Assembly (NCBI RefSeq): GCF_034521915.1
Contig: NZ_JAXHLU010000009.1
Location: forward strand, 20,896-84,895
DNA length: 64,000 nt
Source: Fodinibius sp.
GTDB taxonomy: Bacteria; Bacteroidota; Rhodothermia; Balneolales; Balneolaceae
Direction of reading: 5' to 3'
Part shown: positions 48,113 to 57,735 of the stretch, one piece after another
Layout: the number at the start of each line of letters is the position of its first letter
Position numbering within the stretch: the first letter of the stretch is position 1
The notes under the pieces: model-generated
Database searches by the model: none
The model's input: the letters and a program-made list of their open reading frames with translations, nothing else
What the model was told of the DNA's origin: nothing
Translations under genes and position numbers: made by a program

Positions 48113-49408
48113 TTATTGAAGCTTTGGACGGAAAAACATTACTTCAGCTAAATTAAGTGTCAATCGTACTCCCCAAATATTTTCTTGCACCAAATTTGAA
48201 GTTTGAGTGCCTCTTATTCCATATTCAACACTTAAATCAATGGAGGAGTTAGATCGTGGCGATCGGATACCAATTCCAAATGCAAACTTTAGTGTATTAA
48301 TTCGTTGCCCATCAATATCCAGATGGCCTGTATCATAAGAAGCTCCCGCCCGATACTTAAAATTAGATAAAAAATTCGTTGATCCTGTAACATAAGGAAA
48401 ATACTGTACTCCCAAACCCATTTTATAGCGGTCTACAAACATCTGATTTTCAGAGGGTTTGAAGTCATTTTCATATCCCGACCAGCCCTCATAAAGCCCT
48501 TCAAGACCTATCATCCACATATTACTGGGGCTGTAGCTTACTCCGCCACTAACTTTCGTTGGTAGTTTAATAGGACCGTCGGCATTTTGCAAATTCTTAG
48601 TCAAGGTTACGGCTCCATTATCTATAATACCCGTTTGTTTTCGCTCTGCATTAAGCTCAACAGGAAGATTAATAGTCGCTCCAATCCCCAGCTGGTCATC
48701 CTCTCGTAAGAGATTAGGTAATCGGATAAACGTTCCTACACGATGTCCAAAACTGTGTCCGCTCGTTTCAATATTGAAGTTTACATTACGATAAGGAGAT
48801 TGTGGAAAACGGGCCACATAAGAATCATCCATTGAAAGAAAATACAGAGATGCGGCATAACCAACAGAGATGTTGGAATTAATTCTCCAGCCAAGACCCA
48901 ACTCAGCCCTATTTAATCCACCACTGCCGCGGTTTTCAAGATTAAAATCAATTGTTTCTCCCTGAAAATTATCTCCAATTGTTAGTGTTTTCTGCTCGAA
49001 GGTGCGGAATTTTGCCTCTGTTACCGGAGTAAAAGAACCTGAAACTCCCAATTCTCCTCGAATGATGGGGAGTTGAAGTTGAAACTGACCAACCGAAAAA
49101 TTTGAGTTCGTAACACTTCCTGTTCCATCGCTGGCACTATAGGAATCTATCCCAATCTCTCCTACGCCAAGGCCGTATACGGTATTTCCCCAATGGGCGG
49201 GATTGGCAATAGTACCTACAAAAGTCTCATTAAAAGAAACTCCCAGCAGTCCCATCGACTGTGCTGCCGAATTACTTGTAGATAATGGATAACCAATACC
49301 TATTTGGGAATAAACGGATCCACTTGTAGCCTTAGCATCACCTGATTGGGCAAATGCTACAGAAGTTCCAAAAACCAGTAGTAATACTATAAGAGCTAAC
49401 TTTTTCAA
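48113..49408 (-). CDS. Outer-membrane beta-barrel protein (FadL/OmpP1-like)
   Basis: TTG start, signal peptide, SVYSQIGIG, NPAHWG, alternating strands, C-terminal MFFRPKLQ. Confidence 0.75.
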   Translation of the reverse strand: MKKLALIVLLLVFGTSVAFAQSGDAKATSGSVYSQIGIGYPLSTSNSAAQSMGLLGVSFNETFVGTIANPAHWGNTVYGLGVGEIGIDSYSASDGTGSVTNSNFSVGQFQLQLPIIRGELGVSGSFTPVTEAKFRTFEQKTLTIGDNFQGETIDFNLENRGSGGLNRAELGLGWRINSNISVGYAASLYFLSMDDSYVARFPQSPYRNVNFNIETSGHSFGHRVGTFIRLPNLLREDDQLGIGATINLPVELNAERKQTGIIDNGAVTLTKNLQNADGPIKLPTKVSGGVSYSPSNMWMIGLEGLYEGWSGYENDFKPSENQMFVDRYKMGLGVQYFPYVTGSTNFLSNFKYRAGASYDTGHLDIDGQRINTLKFAFGIGIRSPRSNSSIDLSVEYGIRGTQTSNLVQENIWGVRLTLNLAEVMFFRPKLQ

Positions 49409-49410
49409 CG

Positions 49411-50673
49411 CTAATTCTTAATATTTTTTAAAGAGGTAATTATAATTTTAGGCTTCAGTCCGTCAGGAACCTGATCATCATCTGTCATTATAAGAGTAGA
49501 TTTTATAACACCGTCATTTGGAAGAGTTATAAAAAACTCTCGATCTTCCGGAAATCCATTTCTTATAATATTTTCGACCAGTCTTGTGACATCAAATCGA
49601 AACGTGCCGTTTTCAGCAGAATAGCTGCCTTGCAATCGCGTCGGATTATTTAATGGGGCACCGGGATCAATATTTTCGGGTAGTCCCTCGGGATTAGCCA
49701 AGTGTAAATATGCTACCTGTTCTTTTGCCCTTTGCGTAGTTGAAGGCTCTCCAACCAAACTTTGTTCCAATGCAGGAGTATTTTCATACAGTACCAATTC
49801 TGCTCGAGACAAGCCCGGGGGCTGAATATCTAATTCTTCAATCCCCAGGGATTTAAAATTAAGTACGCTTTCATACGTACTGTGCAACGGAATTGATATC
49901 TGTGGGATAGAGGAATTAGTACCCCTGTCTAAATAATATCCCCATCTATTTAACGGTACATCAAAAGTATCTGCCTCGGGATGCTGTATAAAAAAACGAG
50001 TTGAATCTCGGTAAAGCGGGATAATCTTTGCACTGTTTTGAGGAACTAGCGCCAACCCGTGAGCATCATACACATATGCAGAATCTACCGCCCCGGTAGT
50101 ATCTTGTTTGGAGGAATCTGCATACATGCGATATTCATCCACCCACTGCGGTGCAATATCAGACAGATTAATCATCAGGGAATCTTCAGTTCCAACCGAA
50201 AACTCACCAAGTTTTTGTCCTAAGGATAGCTCATTATCAACCTTTAACACACGATCGCGCCAGAACTGATTAATTTGATATAAATCAAATTGTTGAGTAC
50301 CGGCGGTATCTCCCGAAACCTGTTCGCTATTATACATGATCCGCAACAGCACTTCCCCTTCTTCCTTCAAAGTATCAGATGAAGCTGGCAGGTTGGGTTT
50401 TAAATAACCCGTAACGTCCATACTGCCAAATAGGGGATCATCAAAGCTACCGGCCGAAAAAAGATCCAGTTCACCGGAATACGATGTAGCATCTACAGAG
50501 GTTAAACCATTTATAATCAAGGTATCTTGCACTACTTCTGATGTGGGATCCGTAAGATCACCGCCAACAGAACCCGGATTTTCACAGGCACTGAGCCCTA
50601 CCAAGACACCTAAAATTAATACTAAGTAAAATGACCTTGCTTGTTGAAAGGAAATTTGTATAAAATTTTGCAA
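49411..50673 (-). CDS. Lipoprotein, DUF4270-like
   Basis: Lipobox LSA-C (CENPGSVG); position next to the truncated glycogen-synthase-like gene matches a known Bacteroidota arrangement. Start uncertain. Confidence 0.65.
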   Translation of the reverse strand: MQNFIQISFQQARSFYLVLILGVLVGLSACENPGSVGGDLTDPTSEVVQDTLIINGLTSVDATSYSGELDLFSAGSFDDPLFGSMDVTGYLKPNLPASSDTLKEEGEVLLRIMYNSEQVSGDTAGTQQFDLYQINQFWRDRVLKVDNELSLGQKLGEFSVGTEDSLMINLSDIAPQWVDEYRMYADSSKQDTTGAVDSAYVYDAHGLALVPQNSAKIIPLYRDSTRFFIQHPEADTFDVPLNRWGYYLDRGTNSSIPQISIPLHSTYESVLNFKSLGIEELDIQPPGLSRAELVLYENTPALEQSLVGEPSTTQRAKEQVAYLHLANPEGLPENIDPGAPLNNPTRLQGSYSAENGTFRFDVTRLVENIIRNGFPEDREFFITLPNDGVIKSTLIMTDDDQVPDGLKPKIIITSLKNIKN

Positions 50674-50691
50674 CGAGATACTGCTCTAAAT

Positions 50692-51510
50692 TTATGATTC
50701 TTCCGTTTCTTCTTCAGTTCCGGCAATCTCATCGTAGTAGTTGGCAAACTTATCTGAAACATCTTCAGGCGATCCCTGAATTTTTCTTGCCTCAACACCC
50801 AGCTCTTCAAAAAGATCGTCTAATTCATCTGTTATATGATTGCCGGTAACAATATGATCGCTGTATTTTAAACCGAGGGTGCGTAAGTCAACGTTGTCCC
50901 CCTCAATAAGATTGTCTTTATCCACAGAATCGGGCAACCCGACCAGATCTAACAACTTTTTATTGAATATTCCGTTGTTTTCGGGATGATGGATGTTGTA
51001 AATCACTTTGGTATCCTTAAACAGATCCAGATCATTATATTTCTCTTTGGCAAGCAATGGAATTAACCCTGCTGCCCAATCGTGACAATGTATAATATCA
51101 GGCTCCCAACCCAATTTTGCTACCGTTTCCAAAACACCTTTACTGTAGAACACAATCCGTTCGTCGTTATCATCGTAGTGTTCATCTGTTTCCGGATTCA
51201 TAAACATTGCCTTTCGCTCAAAGTAGGTATCATTGTCCAGGAAATATACCTGTAGCTTTGCATTGGGTATGCTTGCCACCTTGATACGCATATTTTCTAT
51301 TTTTTCACCCACTTCGATCTCAATACCAGACAGACGAATTACCTCATGTAATCTATTTCTTCGATCATTAATCGTTCCATATTTAGGTAACAAAATACGA
51401 ATTTCGTACCCCTTGTCTTGCAAGGATGCCGGTAAAAACCGGAGCAAATCAGCCGTATGTGTCATTCTGGCAAAAGGAGATATTTCAGCGGCAGCATATA
51501 ATACTTTCAT
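50692..51510 (-). CDS. Glycogen/starch synthase-like protein, N-terminal GT5 domain only
   Basis: VLYAAAEISPF, LPKY, DNDERIVFYSKG, PDIIHCHDWAAGLIP, YNIH; 272 aa; the KxGGL loop reads RMTHT. Confidence 0.8.
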   Translation of the reverse strand: MKVLYAAAEISPFARMTHTADLLRFLPASLQDKGYEIRILLPKYGTINDRRNRLHEVIRLSGIEIEVGEKIENMRIKVASIPNAKLQVYFLDNDTYFERKAMFMNPETDEHYDDNDERIVFYSKGVLETVAKLGWEPDIIHCHDWAAGLIPLLAKEKYNDLDLFKDTKVIYNIHHPENNGIFNKKLLDLVGLPDSVDKDNLIEGDNVDLRTLGLKYSDHIVTGNHITDELDDLFEELGVEARKIQGSPEDVSDKFANYYDEIAGTEEETEES

Positions 51511-51546
51511 AGATAAATACTAATGAATTCGTTGTTTATTTATTGT

Positions 51547-52365
51547 TTATTCGTCGGACTCTTTTTTTTCCTGATCCGCATAGAGCTGACTCATCTCTTC
51601 GTCATCAAGTGAATAAAAATCAAAAAGCGTATCGCCTCGCAGTCCCAGACGCAGGGTTTCGACAGGAATTACTTCTGAAGGCTGTATATTGCCAAGATTT
51701 ACATTACTTCCAAACTTACGAATAAACCAAACCTGTTGTTCTTTCTGAGGAGCCTCAAAAATCAGATTCTCTACAGGTACAGAATCTGCGATTTCATCAA
51801 TAAGTCCGGATCGCACTTCACCATTGGGACGAAACACGCCCACTGTGCCACTCTCCCGAGCCTCACAGATAATTTTCCATGCGCCGGCTTCGAGCTCGCG
51901 CTCAATCATCTTAACCCATTTGTATGGCGGTATTATGTCATTGGGATTTTTACTCCCAATTTCCGACAAAATGGTAAAGTGTTTACTCATCTTCTGAATA
52001 ATCTCCACCTTTCGCTTATCGGAAAGCCATATTGTGCCATTTGAGACCTCGGCATGCTCGATGTTGAAGCGATCTAACAACTCCATATAGGCATCAAGCT
52101 GATCACGCAGTACGTAAGCCTCAAAAAGTGTTCCTCCAAAATAAACCGGAATATCTGCATTGGAATATACAGCCAGCTTCTCTTCCAGATTCTGTGTTAC
52201 GTAGCTGGTTCCCCAGCCGAGCTTTACGATGTCAATGTAATTGGAACAAGATTTGCAAAAATCTTCAACTTGTCGAACACTTAGACCCTTGTCTAAAACA
52301 AGCGTCATTCCTTTTTCTCGAGGTTTTTCGGTACGCTTTGGGAGGTGATTGAGCTTAAAAGCCAT
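51547..52365 (-). CDS. comA: Phosphosulfolactate synthase (ComA family)
   Basis: GMTLVLDKGL, IDIVKLGWGT, YFGGTLFE, EVSNGT, SEIGSK, ICEARESG, IFEAP, NVNLGNI, ETLRLGLRGDT. Confidence 0.9.
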   Translation of the reverse strand: MAFKLNHLPKRTEKPREKGMTLVLDKGLSVRQVEDFCKSCSNYIDIVKLGWGTSYVTQNLEEKLAVYSNADIPVYFGGTLFEAYVLRDQLDAYMELLDRFNIEHAEVSNGTIWLSDKRKVEIIQKMSKHFTILSEIGSKNPNDIIPPYKWVKMIERELEAGAWKIICEARESGTVGVFRPNGEVRSGLIDEIADSVPVENLIFEAPQKEQQVWFIRKFGSNVNLGNIQPSEVIPVETLRLGLRGDTLFDFYSLDDEEMSQLYADQEKKESDE

Positions 52366-52495
52366 TGGATATTATAAATTTGACAAATTAAACGGACAAA
52401 TATACTAAAATGGAGCCTGTTAATAAAATCTTTTAACAGCTTTATTCATATGAACCTGTCTGTAACAGCTACAGTATATGACATAAAGAAACGTG

Positions 52496-54361
52496 TTACG
52501 CAAGTTCACGTTCTGGCTTTAATACCAACGCCGAATAAGGTTCCATCCAAACGTGCTGTTCTTCTCCCAGGCCATAGTGGCCACCCTTATCTTTTCCCCC
52601 GTAATATTCCGATTCACTATTAAAAACGATTCGATATTGCTCTCCCTTGAAGGGACCAACCGAATAATCGGATATCTGTCGATCAGAAAAATTTAATATA
52701 AACAAAAGGTGATTGGCCGGATTCTTCGCTTTTCTCAAAAATGAAAATACCGAAGGCTGCTCTTTTCCCAAGGCTATCCACTCAAAACCATTGGGATCTT
52801 TATCCAGCTGGTGTAGCGATTCCTCCTGTTTGTACAATAAGTTTAAATCATCTACCAGCTTTTTAATCCCCTGGTGTCGCTTGTGATCCAGCAAGTGCCA
52901 ATGGAGCGATCGATCCTCGGCCCACTCACTTGTCTCGGCAAATTCACCACCCATAAACATTAATTTTTTACCGGGATGCCCAAAAAAGTATGTAAACAAC
53001 AAGCGCAGATTGGAAAACTGCTCACTTTCATTGCCTGTACTTTTCCAGACAAGGGGTTTTTTAAGATGTACAACCTCATCATGCGAAAAGGGCAGGGTGA
53101 AGTTTTCCGAATAGTTATACATCATCGGAAAGGTGATCTTGTTGGGATCGCTCTCACGTTCTGCCGGGCTCTTTTGAATGTATTCCAGCGTATCATTCAT
53201 CCATCCCATATTCCACTTGTAATCAAAACCCAGCCCATCGTTATGGACCGGCGTGGTAACCCCGGGCCAGGAGGTGGATTCTTCAGCAAACGTAAGTATG
53301 CCCGGAAACTCACGATGAATCATGGTATTAAAATCTTTCAAAAACCGTATAGCCTCTAAATGTTCATTGCCGCCGTGTTTGTTGGGCGTCCATTCACCGG
53401 GCCCCTTAGAATAATCCAGATACAACATAGAAGCTACTGCATCTACACGCAGTCCATCTATATGATACTTATTGCACCAATAGTGTGCGTTAGATAATAA
53501 AAAGTTTCGCACGCCCTCTTTGCCGTAATCAAAAATATAGGTGCCCCAATCTTTCTGCTCTCTTTTTTTGGGATCCTCGTATTCATACAAGGGCGTACTA
53601 TCAAACATTTGTAATCCCTGCTCATCCTTTGGGAAATGACCGGGAACCCAGTCCATTATCACACCAATACCGTTTTTATGACATTCATTTACGAAGTACA
53701 TAAAATCTTTGGGATCACCCAGGCGACTCGTAGGAGCAAAATAACCCGTAATTTGGTATCCCCAGGATGGATCATAGGGATGTTCGGCAATCGGCATTAA
53801 CTCGATGTGGGTAAACCCGCAATCCTTTACATAAGGAACCAGATCGTGCGCTAACTCCCGATAGCTCAAATATTCATCATTATTTTCCCCTTTTCTTTTC
53901 CATGATGCTAAATGTACTTCATATATTGATATAGGACGCTGAAATGATTGCCGCTGCTCCCGATTTTCCATCCAGTCTCTATCGTCCCATTTATAATCCA
54001 ACAAATCGTACACCAGCGAAGCTGTTTTAGGGCGTACTTCCATAGCATAAGCATAAGGGTCTGATTTTAAAAAAGGAGGTGCGTCCCCTGCCGTTTTCAA
54101 TTCATACTTGTATAAAGCCCAATGTTCAAGATTGGGGATAAAGGTTGTCCAAATACCCGTATCTTCATCCTTCTCCATAGGATGTTGTCTGCCATCCCAA
54201 TTATTAAACTCTCCAACTACACTCACACTATAGGCATTCGGCGCCCAAACAGCGAAGTACACCCCTTCATCAGTAAAATGGGACCCCATAAAATTATAAG
54301 CTCCATGCTGATGACCCTCCTGCCAATACTGCTTATCTTTATTTGTTAAAATAGTGTTCAA
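52496..54361 (-). CDS. glgB: 1,4-alpha-glucan branching enzyme
   Basis: FAVWAPNA, SIYEVHLASW, WGYQITGYFAPTSR, DWVPGHF, DGLRVDAVASMLY, AEEST, SHDEVVH. Confidence 0.96.
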   Translation of the reverse strand: MNTILTNKDKQYWQEGHQHGAYNFMGSHFTDEGVYFAVWAPNAYSVSVVGEFNNWDGRQHPMEKDEDTGIWTTFIPNLEHWALYKYELKTAGDAPPFLKSDPYAYAMEVRPKTASLVYDLLDYKWDDRDWMENREQRQSFQRPISIYEVHLASWKRKGENNDEYLSYRELAHDLVPYVKDCGFTHIELMPIAEHPYDPSWGYQITGYFAPTSRLGDPKDFMYFVNECHKNGIGVIMDWVPGHFPKDEQGLQMFDSTPLYEYEDPKKREQKDWGTYIFDYGKEGVRNFLLSNAHYWCNKYHIDGLRVDAVASMLYLDYSKGPGEWTPNKHGGNEHLEAIRFLKDFNTMIHREFPGILTFAEESTSWPGVTTPVHNDGLGFDYKWNMGWMNDTLEYIQKSPAERESDPNKITFPMMYNYSENFTLPFSHDEVVHLKKPLVWKSTGNESEQFSNLRLLFTYFFGHPGKKLMFMGGEFAETSEWAEDRSLHWHLLDHKRHQGIKKLVDDLNLLYKQEESLHQLDKDPNGFEWIALGKEQPSVFSFLRKAKNPANHLLFILNFSDRQISDYSVGPFKGEQYRIVFNSESEYYGGKDKGGHYGLGEEQHVWMEPYSALVLKPERELA

Positions 54362-54551
54362 AATTTTGAAATTAGGGTATTATCAAATTTCGAGTGATAT
54401 AGTTAATGCAAAATAGACCAAATAACAACACCGGAATTTTTCCACACACGTAAATGGGCAAGCTATTCAAAAGTAAGCCAAGACTGGCCAAAACGCAGAA
54501 AGAAGAATAAAAGTTATAGCTTTCGTTTTAAAACAAAATTCAAAATTAACC

Positions 54552-55763
54552 CTACTCTTCTACCTTTCGTTTCCACTTGCTATATCTATCACGTTGGGTC
54601 GTAACCTTCTTGAGATAGTTTCTAGCCTCAGCATATTCCAGGTTTTCGCGCAGATGTTTGTAATTTTCTTCCGGTGACATGCTGTTAATTTTTGAAAACG
54701 CCTTCGATAAGTTCGTGTCGCCCGTATAGGCTACAGATACATTTCCGGCTCCCGTATTATATGCACAAATAATCAAATACTCCCGGGTTAGCTCATCCTC
54801 GGCACGATCAAAATAATTGGACTCCATAATATCGATAAAAGTCGTTCCCATCTGAATATTATTATCCGGTTGGAACAAAAATTCTTTAGTAGGAATACCA
54901 TCTTTGTTAAAAATTCTCCGATAGGCATCACGTCCACCTGTGGTTGGTACCAACTGCATTAGCCCATACGCATTGGCATGTGAGGCGGCAGTAGGATTAA
55001 AATGAGACTCAACATGAATGATTGCGAATACAAGAGCCGGATCAATATCATGTTGGCTTGAGAACTTATAAATAAAATTCTCAACCTTTTCTGCTCTTTT
55101 TTGCATATGATCGTCCGCAAGCTGAAAATCTACATACACGACATAACGAGTCTCACCATCCTTACCTTTCACTTCTCTTGTTTTTGTGCTTTTTTCTGCG
55201 ACCTCTTTGGCGTATTCATCCACAGGTTGTTCTTCAGGTTTATTCAGCTGGTCTGCTAAAACCGGCTCTTCTGTAATCTCTTTATTAGGTACATTCTCTG
55301 TTTCAAAGCCCTCTCTGGTTCCCTTGTAATTCATGGCCTCAGAAACCTTTTGGGGCATTCCCTTTTTAATCTTTTCAGCTTCTTCTTTACTCTCCGCAAT
55401 TACCTCAACCTGACCAATTCCTTTTTCAAAATCCGTTGATATACGCAGATTACCGTTTTCTTTATATTCTACCCATTGCTTGTTGGAACGCTCTTTAAAG
55501 TCACCCCATTTTTGCAGCATCTTCCTTTTAAATGCTTTGTATTCCTTTTCAAATGCATCTCTATATTTTTCATAATCATCTTCAGAACTTGCTACACCAT
55601 TCTCAATATTTTGCAAATATTTTTGATACCCCTCCTGGTACTGCTTTTTATAGTCTTCAAAGTTATCCTGTGCCCAAACAGATGAATTACTAATGCAGCA
55701 TACTATTAATAAAATTCCAGTAAGATACCTTCCTAAGCAGGATATCCCTTTTTGCCTAAACAT
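54552..55763 (-). CDS. Secreted lytic murein transglycosylase, MltC/DUF3393-like
   Basis: Likely ATG at 55763 (MFRQKG..VWA/QD signal peptide); SLT motifs IIHVESHFNP (catalytic Glu), AYGLMQLVP, NIQMGT, AYNTGAGNV, EARNYLKKV. Confidence 0.85.
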   Translation of the reverse strand: MFRQKGISCLGRYLTGILLIVCCISNSSVWAQDNFEDYKKQYQEGYQKYLQNIENGVASSEDDYEKYRDAFEKEYKAFKRKMLQKWGDFKERSNKQWVEYKENGNLRISTDFEKGIGQVEVIAESKEEAEKIKKGMPQKVSEAMNYKGTREGFETENVPNKEITEEPVLADQLNKPEEQPVDEYAKEVAEKSTKTREVKGKDGETRYVVYVDFQLADDHMQKRAEKVENFIYKFSSQHDIDPALVFAIIHVESHFNPTAASHANAYGLMQLVPTTGGRDAYRRIFNKDGIPTKEFLFQPDNNIQMGTTFIDIMESNYFDRAEDELTREYLIICAYNTGAGNVSVAYTGDTNLSKAFSKINSMSPEENYKHLRENLEYAEARNYLKKVTTQRDRYSKWKRKVEE

Positions 55764-55916
55764 AATATTAATCCTCCCTGACATTGAAATTAATACAGCT
55801 AATACGGCTGGCAGTGTTATTTGCTCTATTGTCCTCTCTTCCAAAAAAAGAAATATCTCAACCCGGTTATCCCGGGTCGAGATATTTTAAGTCTCAATGG
55901 TTATTACTCTAACAAA

Positions 55917-56507
55917 CTATTGCTCAGATGGCATATTACCATTTTTCATTTCCTCAATAGCCTTTTTCATTTCTTCAAAGCCCTTTTCTGCCTTGAATTT
56001 CGTATAAAGCTCTTCATCTTTAGATAGTGTATTTTCAAGTGCCTGGTTCAAAGCATTCGCTGCTTCTCCAACGGGTAATCGCACAAGCATAAGCACTTCA
56101 TGCTTAGTATTATTATCTCGCTGATAAAACTTACTTCTATCAACATCTACACCGCGCAATGTTTGTTGTCCCACTGATTTAGATACATCAGTAAATACTT
56201 CACTGTAATTGCTGTTTGCTCCTGATGTTGTCTCTTCAGCAAAGTTTTTCTGCATGGCACTTATTTCAGACTCAATCTTAAGGGTAAGTGCTGCTCTTCC
56301 ATTTTGCAACGCCTGCTTTCTCGCCATACTTCTTCGAGAAGAAGTTCCTTCTCCAATAGCATAGATATATTCGCTGTCGCTGGTGGGCGGATTAGTGTAC
56401 CAGTTTGGCAAATCACTTCCTGAATTATCTGCTGCTGGCTCCGAACTGCTACAACCCATAACTAAAAATCCAGCTACTAAAAAAGTAAGTAGTATGCGTA
56501 TTTTCAT
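55917..56507 (-). CDS. LPP20-like lipoprotein
   Basis: Lipobox LVMG-C; DLPNWYTNP, YAIGEG, ARKQALQNGRAAL. Alternative start at 56519. Confidence 0.72.
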   Translation of the reverse strand: MKIRILLTFLVAGFLVMGCSSSEPAADNSGSDLPNWYTNPPTSDSEYIYAIGEGTSSRRSMARKQALQNGRAALTLKIESEISAMQKNFAEETTSGANSNYSEVFTDVSKSVGQQTLRGVDVDRSKFYQRDNNTKHEVLMLVRLPVGEAANALNQALENTLSKDEELYTKFKAEKGFEEMKKAIEEMKNGNMPSEQ

Positions 56508-56659
56508 AATAATCCCCATTTATATTATTAGATGATGTAATTAAAATAGTCCATATTGATGAACTTTTGTTAAAATCCTATTCCATTAATTGGAATGACA
56601 GTTTAAAAAAAATTATCAGCAAATCACATTTATTTGATAGGTAACACGGCTAATTCTAT

Positions 56660-57712
56660 TTACTCTACAGATAGCAACTCCCTGTTTATAAATCCTGCAA
56701 ACTCTGAGGACAACTTCTTCTGTACTGCCTGAACTGCTCTTTGGCGCGCATACTTTTCATTCATACTTCCTTCTCGTCCCTCGGCCATATAAGTACTAAA
56801 CCATTGTCCATTTTCCTTGTTTTGAGCCTCAATTTGTAAGGCCCACTGGATAAATTCATACTTGGGCCGATTCAAATCGACCGGTTCCATCATAAGATTA
56901 ATAGTCATTTCAATCACCGGATCACCACTATTATTGGCCACCTCAAATCCCTCATTTTGCAGTTTTCTGGTAATATCGGACTGTACTTCCCTAGGCACCT
57001 CTCCATCTGTTATTAACTTTACAGTACAGGCTTTTTTGGCCTCTTTATACTCTTGCATAATTTCTGGCAACGCCACATTTCCCCGTCCTCCCTGTCCGGA
57101 TAGAATAGCCCGCTGATTAATTAACATTTCATTAACTCGGGCCGTTGCTAATGCTTGTTTTAAATAAATTAAACGATCTAATTTACTATCAGTCTGTGCA
57201 GCATTTTTGCGAAGAGAATTAATTTTATTTTGATTATCCTCTATTTCGCTGCTATATAACTGTGCTGTTTCTAAACGATCCATTGCAGCAAGAGCGTAAA
57301 ACGTGCCATCTGCAGCCTGATACATTTCTTTAACTTCTACATTCCTCATCTGTTGGTCCGAGTTTACCTCTGACTGAGTAATCAAATTGGTGTTTTCTCG
57401 GGTTGAAACTTCCTCCTCAGAATCTGTGATTTCTTGGAATTCATTAACGTAGGTCTCATTGACCTCAACCTCTGACACAAATATTTGAGCCAAGTTAGAT
57501 TGAGCCTGGATCCGGGCACCCTCTCTTGTGGGCGAAGAACCTACCGCCATCAAAAATTGGTTCTCACTATATTGATCTGAAGGGTTATTAATCCAGACCG
57601 GTAATCTCTGACTTTGTGCTTCTACTGTTGCCGAACAACCATAGGTAAATACAAGCAATACGAGACCTGTTAGCAAAAATAAGCGATGGCTTATACTATT
57701 ATTAGCTTTCAT
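56660..57712 (-). CDS. LPP20-like lipoprotein with C-terminal extension
   Basis: Lipobox FTYG-C; RLPVWINNP, LMAVGSS, ARIQAQSNLAQIF, YALAAMDR. Confidence 0.7.
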   Translation of the reverse strand: MKANNSISHRLFLLTGLVLLVFTYGCSATVEAQSQRLPVWINNPSDQYSENQFLMAVGSSPTREGARIQAQSNLAQIFVSEVEVNETYVNEFQEITDSEEEVSTRENTNLITQSEVNSDQQMRNVEVKEMYQAADGTFYALAAMDRLETAQLYSSEIEDNQNKINSLRKNAAQTDSKLDRLIYLKQALATARVNEMLINQRAILSGQGGRGNVALPEIMQEYKEAKKACTVKLITDGEVPREVQSDITRKLQNEGFEVANNSGDPVIEMTINLMMEPVDLNRPKYEFIQWALQIEAQNKENGQWFSTYMAEGREGSMNEKYARQRAVQAVQKKLSSEFAGFINRELLSVE

Positions 57713-57735
57713 AAAACAGATGAAAATCCACTTTT

